Shown here piece after piece: positions 35,501 through 38,710 of a stretch of DNA of 38,710 nt; the stretch's first letter is position 1; each line of letters starts with the position of its first letter. The stretch is from Armatimonadota bacterium (lineage in GTDB: Bacteria > Armatimonadota > UBA10988): contig JACRKZ010000171.1 in assembly GCA_016235455.1 (NCBI GenBank), positions 1-38,710 on the forward strand. Direction: 5' to 3'. The translations under genes were made by a program, and so were the position numbers. Below the pieces are notes generated by a model. The model saw nothing but the letters and a program-made list of their open reading frames with translations. It did no database searches and was not told where the DNA came from.

Positions 35501-36318
35501 AGAACACCAAGATCGACTTCTACACCTACCACCTGTATCCGGGGGACACCGTGGCTGACGGGACCGACTATGGCCTGGCCTGCGACGTGCTGGCGCGCTA
35601 TGGGCGCATGGTGGGCCGCTGCATGTACGGCGAGAGCGTCGGCGATGAATGGGGCTACGGCGCGCCCGAGGCCATGCGTCGCCGCATGGCGCGCGACGTT
35701 GTCTGGTTCAGCCTGGCCGAGGGCAACCCCGGCGTGTTCTTCTGGAACCAGCGTGGCTATGAGGTGGAGCAGTTCAAGCTGGCGCGTCGGCTGACCGACG
35801 GGCTCGACTTCGGCGCCTGGCAGCCGCGCGACATCGTGCCCAGCATTGCGGCCGACCATCCAGTGGCCACCGACGCCTGGTTCCGCACGGCCGGCGGCGG
35901 TGAGACAGTGCGCGCCATGTCGCGTGCCACCCAGCAGTCACTGCGCACGGGCGCCACGGCCGACTACGCGCGCGGTGGCCTGACCACGCAGCCACGGCGT
36001 GGCCCGGTCCAGCCGACGGACGGCTTCGAAGCCGCCAGTTGGTCCACCGCCGACGCCAGCCAAGGGCTGACCTACGTGCGCAACGTGGCCGGCTCCACCG
36101 TGTGGACCGCGGCCGACCAGCGCCAGAGCCGCATCCTCGTGCGCACCATGGCCGCCAAGCCGTGCCGGCCGACACTGGCGCTGCCCGCGGGCAACTACGC
36201 GCTGACCATCGCCGATCTGGACGCCGGCACCGTGACCACGCGGCGCGTGGCCGGCAACGCCGAGATCGACCTGGGTACGACGGACCATGACTTCGGGTTG
36301 GCGTGGCGCAGGGAGTAG
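32518..36318 (+). CDS. Large secreted multidomain protein: LamG, Ig-like (Big_1) repeats and a clan GH-A-like catalytic barrel, 1266 aa
   Basis: GTG after AAGGAG, then a signal peptide. LamG WHHVAATW..LYIDG..GLLDEVFVYD. Ig-like VSVTDAQGQPV and AQVADSFGNP. GH-A-like YELENE (acid/base), DFYTYHLY and MYGES (nucleophile). Confidence 0.75.
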   Translation: MRRTPLLLALLAAVAAVAQPLGSPLPTLYLPLDDSPTPALAAANGGQPTLGPLTFAPSPRGGAVRLNADLRLPSAGLWNPRQGTFAAWVCPREAGSVATGRYIVSLYGPDQGPESWRHNRFSLYLSGGSLQWLVWDADGKTVSAQASVTNWAAGSWHHVAATWSAEGLGLYIDGKPAARGPAPGALTGVGSLLGIGRDSDGSPDYLDGLLDEVFVYDLVLSPAVIAAAATADPVTAMNVTTPEGGPRAGWWHTGWPFRVPLTLPAARLDRGPLAVEVATGFTAAAARLTGRPATLDPSSCRVVPAEGGEAVTAAVSDGRAGWRLASPTPAGRERRFWLYFRLREYDLSVPLQARRPTLVAPTRAAPLPDFATDTTGAPWDLSKIEHFGDKPEFCQHEMVDGVLRLRVKQDPYFIWGTMWGAEPAGAKPLDIDLDRYHVLEMRLRQSVPQAEWTTFSRIPGGDTLRTFSFPVSGTDWQTVRIDLAREARWRGHASAFRIDPTNSVEATVEIASVRLLAVEAADAGAVECLGWPSGVAAKLAVDLPARAVVGSRRDFVVSVTDAQGQPVIGQPVTVRLDGGGRLEAAAKGSSDGPTAGLRRGLTDARGQVHLAYEASQRAGAAADKLAVTADYTSLATPLTVAAEPGPAARLTVTPARATMLAPGVKTLAVRAQVADSFGNPLAMAGRAVKLSTSAGATLSTPSAVTGADGSISATLTLDPARCWVAWVDAVAEGLAGRSAGVCYTADQRDWGVTMGANGYFRTPNGRGWLPLGGFYANWVSDVPATGEPGQRLFSFVDTNDAQKTAWLKYLADQGVTAMRFMLRAHRPGGMEPMDIGGRVNPELYAEALHYMDLARPFGIRFLLVLHEDYDKPMYVNAGYRERYCLPRWQGEDLSKLPAFQRRFVAEGRLVDTARERYTDADAIACQDQYTTELVKLLAGNPQVFCYELENEQVDVPPAWVNHQCDVIRAADPRTPICMSHGGGGLRTADPLYWRQNTKIDFYTYHLYPGDTVADGTDYGLACDVLARYGRMVGRCMYGESVGDEWGYGAPEAMRRRMARDVVWFSLAEGNPGVFFWNQRGYEVEQFKLARRLTDGLDFGAWQPRDIVPSIAADHPVATDAWFRTAGGGETVRAMSRATQQSLRTGATADYARGGLTTQPRRGPVQPTDGFEAASWSTADASQGLTYVRNVAGSTVWTAADQRQSRILVRTMAAKPCRPTLALPAGNYALTIADLDAGTVTTRRVAGNAEIDLGTTDHDFGLAWRRE

Positions 36319-36345
36319 CGGCGGCGGGCCTTTGCCCGCTACCGC
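36318..36345 (+). terminator. Stem-loop after the LamG/GH gene stop
   Basis: gcggcggcgggc-cttt-gcccgctaccgc; no U-tract. Confidence 0.35.
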
Positions 36346-36796
36346 ATCGGTGCCGTCATTGGCAGTATGCCCCTTGATGCAGGACCGGAGACGCGGGTCA
36401 CGTTGAGGCGTCAGGACCTGCCGGTGTGAGTTGACCCGCCGTTCGCCTGGAGGCGGGACAACAGACGTATCCTGCCCATCGGCCAGGCGGCGCCAGTGGC
36501 AGCCCCAGCCGGCCGAAGGCGTGACGCCGAGGGGCGCTTGGCCATGTCGCCAAGCGCCTTGTGTTTCTGGAACGGACACGTATCTGCTGCACTCACCGGT
36601 GACTGGACGAGGCTGCTGCGCTCGGACTCGCTCGCCAAGTCGATCCAACGCGACATCAACATGTAACACAAACGCGTGCTGACATAGGCTCGCACTGCGC
36701 TACTCTGCTCACAGGGACGAGGTAGGGACAGCGGCCCTGGCGGGACCAGAGGGATCCTGACAGGGCGTCGCAGCCCAGATGTCAAAGGAGTGTCGT

Positions 36797-37555
<759 letters not shown>

Positions 37556-37558
37556 GCC

Positions 37559-37792
37559 ATGGCGAGCACAAAGCGCAATCGCCTGATGGCGGCGGCGGTC
37601 GTGATCGGTGCGGGCCTGGCCATCACCGGCTGCGGCAAGGAACCCGAGCCCGAGGCGCCCGCCACGACAGCGGCCAAACCCGGCGACACCGGGGTGCCGG
37701 CTGCCAGTGGCAGCGTCCCGGCCATTCAGGCCAAGGCCAACGAGTTGCCGCCGCCGCCCGGCTGGAAGCCGCCGGCCGAGCCCGGCAAGTAG
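37559..37792 (+). CDS. Small Pro-rich lipoprotein downstream of the DUF1559 gene, 77 aa
   Basis: Lipobox AITGC after a basic/hydrophobic signal; starts 3 bp after the DUF1559 stop. Confidence 0.72.
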   Translation: MASTKRNRLMAAAVVIGAGLAITGCGKEPEPEAPATTAAKPGDTGVPAASGSVPAIQAKANELPPPPGWKPPAEPGK

Positions 37793-37796
37793 TGGG

Positions 37797-38699
37797 CTAC
37801 CGTGGCGGAGCCGCGGTGTAGCGCAGGTCATCGAGCTTGTCATCGCTGACCGGCAGCAGGTCCACTTTGCACTGGAACTGCCAGGAGACGTGGTTGAGCG
37901 CGAAGACCAGCGTGTTGTCGCCGGCGCGGAGGGTGACGGGCACGGTCTTGTGACGTTGTGGCTCACCGGTCAGCAGGCCGCTGTAGGCCACCACGAGGTG
38001 CAGGATCAGGGCAACGTAGACGCTGAGGGTGACCATGCCCAGGGGGCCGAAGGCTTCCGTGCCCTGCTCGCCGAAGACTACGGCAATGAGGGCGAAGACG
38101 CCGATGGGGGCATACTCCAGAATCCAGTTGACCACCTTGTACATGACCTCGGCGCAGCCGTCGAAGAAGGCAAAGACCGTGTTGGCCGAGGCGCGGATGC
38201 GCTCGTCCTTGCTTTCGCGCAGGTAGGCGATGCCCATTCCGAAGAGGATGGCGAAGAAGATGGTTTGCAGCATGTTGCCGTCGGTGATCGATTTGAAGGG
38301 GTTGAGCGGCACGATCTCCAGCACGGTTTGCAGCAGCGAGGTCGGCTCGGCCTTGAGCCCGCCGGCCCCGGCGGTACCGGCCAGCGTCATGCCCTGGCCG
38401 GGTTTGAACACATTGCCCACCAGCAGCCCGATGCCCACGGCAAAAGCCGTGGTGACGGTATAGAGCAGCAGGGCCTTGACCCCCACCCGGCCCAGGCGGG
38501 CCGGATGAATGCTGGCCGCGCCCACGATCAAGGTGAAGACCACCACCGGCATGACGATCAGTTTGAGCAGCCGCACGAAGATATCCCCCAGGGGCGCCAC
38601 CCACTGGATGTCCGGTCCGAAGATCAGGCCGGCCACGGCCCCGGCCCCCAGGCCGACGAGGATGCGCAGCAGCAGGTTGGTTTTGAAGTAGAGGCGCAA
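37797..38699 (-). pseudogene. gltP: Truncated dicarboxylate/amino acid:cation symporter (DAACS, GltP-like) fused in frame at about 37975 to an unrelated C-terminal fragment; the 5' end may extend past the window
   Basis: The first ~240 aa carry LGDIFVRLLKLIVMPVV, IVPLNPF, NMLQTIFFAILFG and YAPIGVFALIA. The ORF then switches to TGEPQRHKTVPVTLRAGDNTLVFAL and stops. The serine-rich HP1, NMDGT, HP2 and TM8 are all absent. Confidence 0.75.
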
Positions 38700-38710
38700 T
38701 ATTCTCCTCG

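Overview
GC-rich bacterial DNA, most likely Armatimonadota (inferred from the [26 protein letters not shown]-type prepilin/DUF1559 gene). The most notable feature is a complete plasmid-type replication and partition module at about 4.2-7.25 kb. It comprises a RepA-like initiator, seven 18-bp iteron-like repeats that switch orientation mid-array, a ribbon-helix-helix ParG-like gene, a short Walker-type ParA and an 8-bp-periodic centromere/operator-like array. No integrase or transfer genes are visible, and the module sits among chromosome-like genes, so this may be the origin of a chromid or megaplasmid. To its left is a hybrid histidine kinase with about 8 PAS domains that runs off the window. 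To its right is a largely carbohydrate-oriented region: a GH29 fucosidase, a DUF4382 lipoprotein, a DUF3472/PA14 protein, a MetV-MetF fusion / pterin methyltransferase / amidohydrolase operon, two tandem PL38-like lyases coupled to a TAT prenyltransferase-repeat protein, an SGNH-like lipoprotein and a REP doublet. Further right are a GH127-GH51 fusion, a TAT deacetylase, a three-heme HzsA-like protein, a large LamG/Ig/GH-A protein, and a DUF1559 gene with its small lipoprotein. At the right end a GltP-type symporter is cut off and fused in frame to an unrelated C-terminus, a probable chimeric junction. All family calls come from motif recognition by eye; no searches were run.
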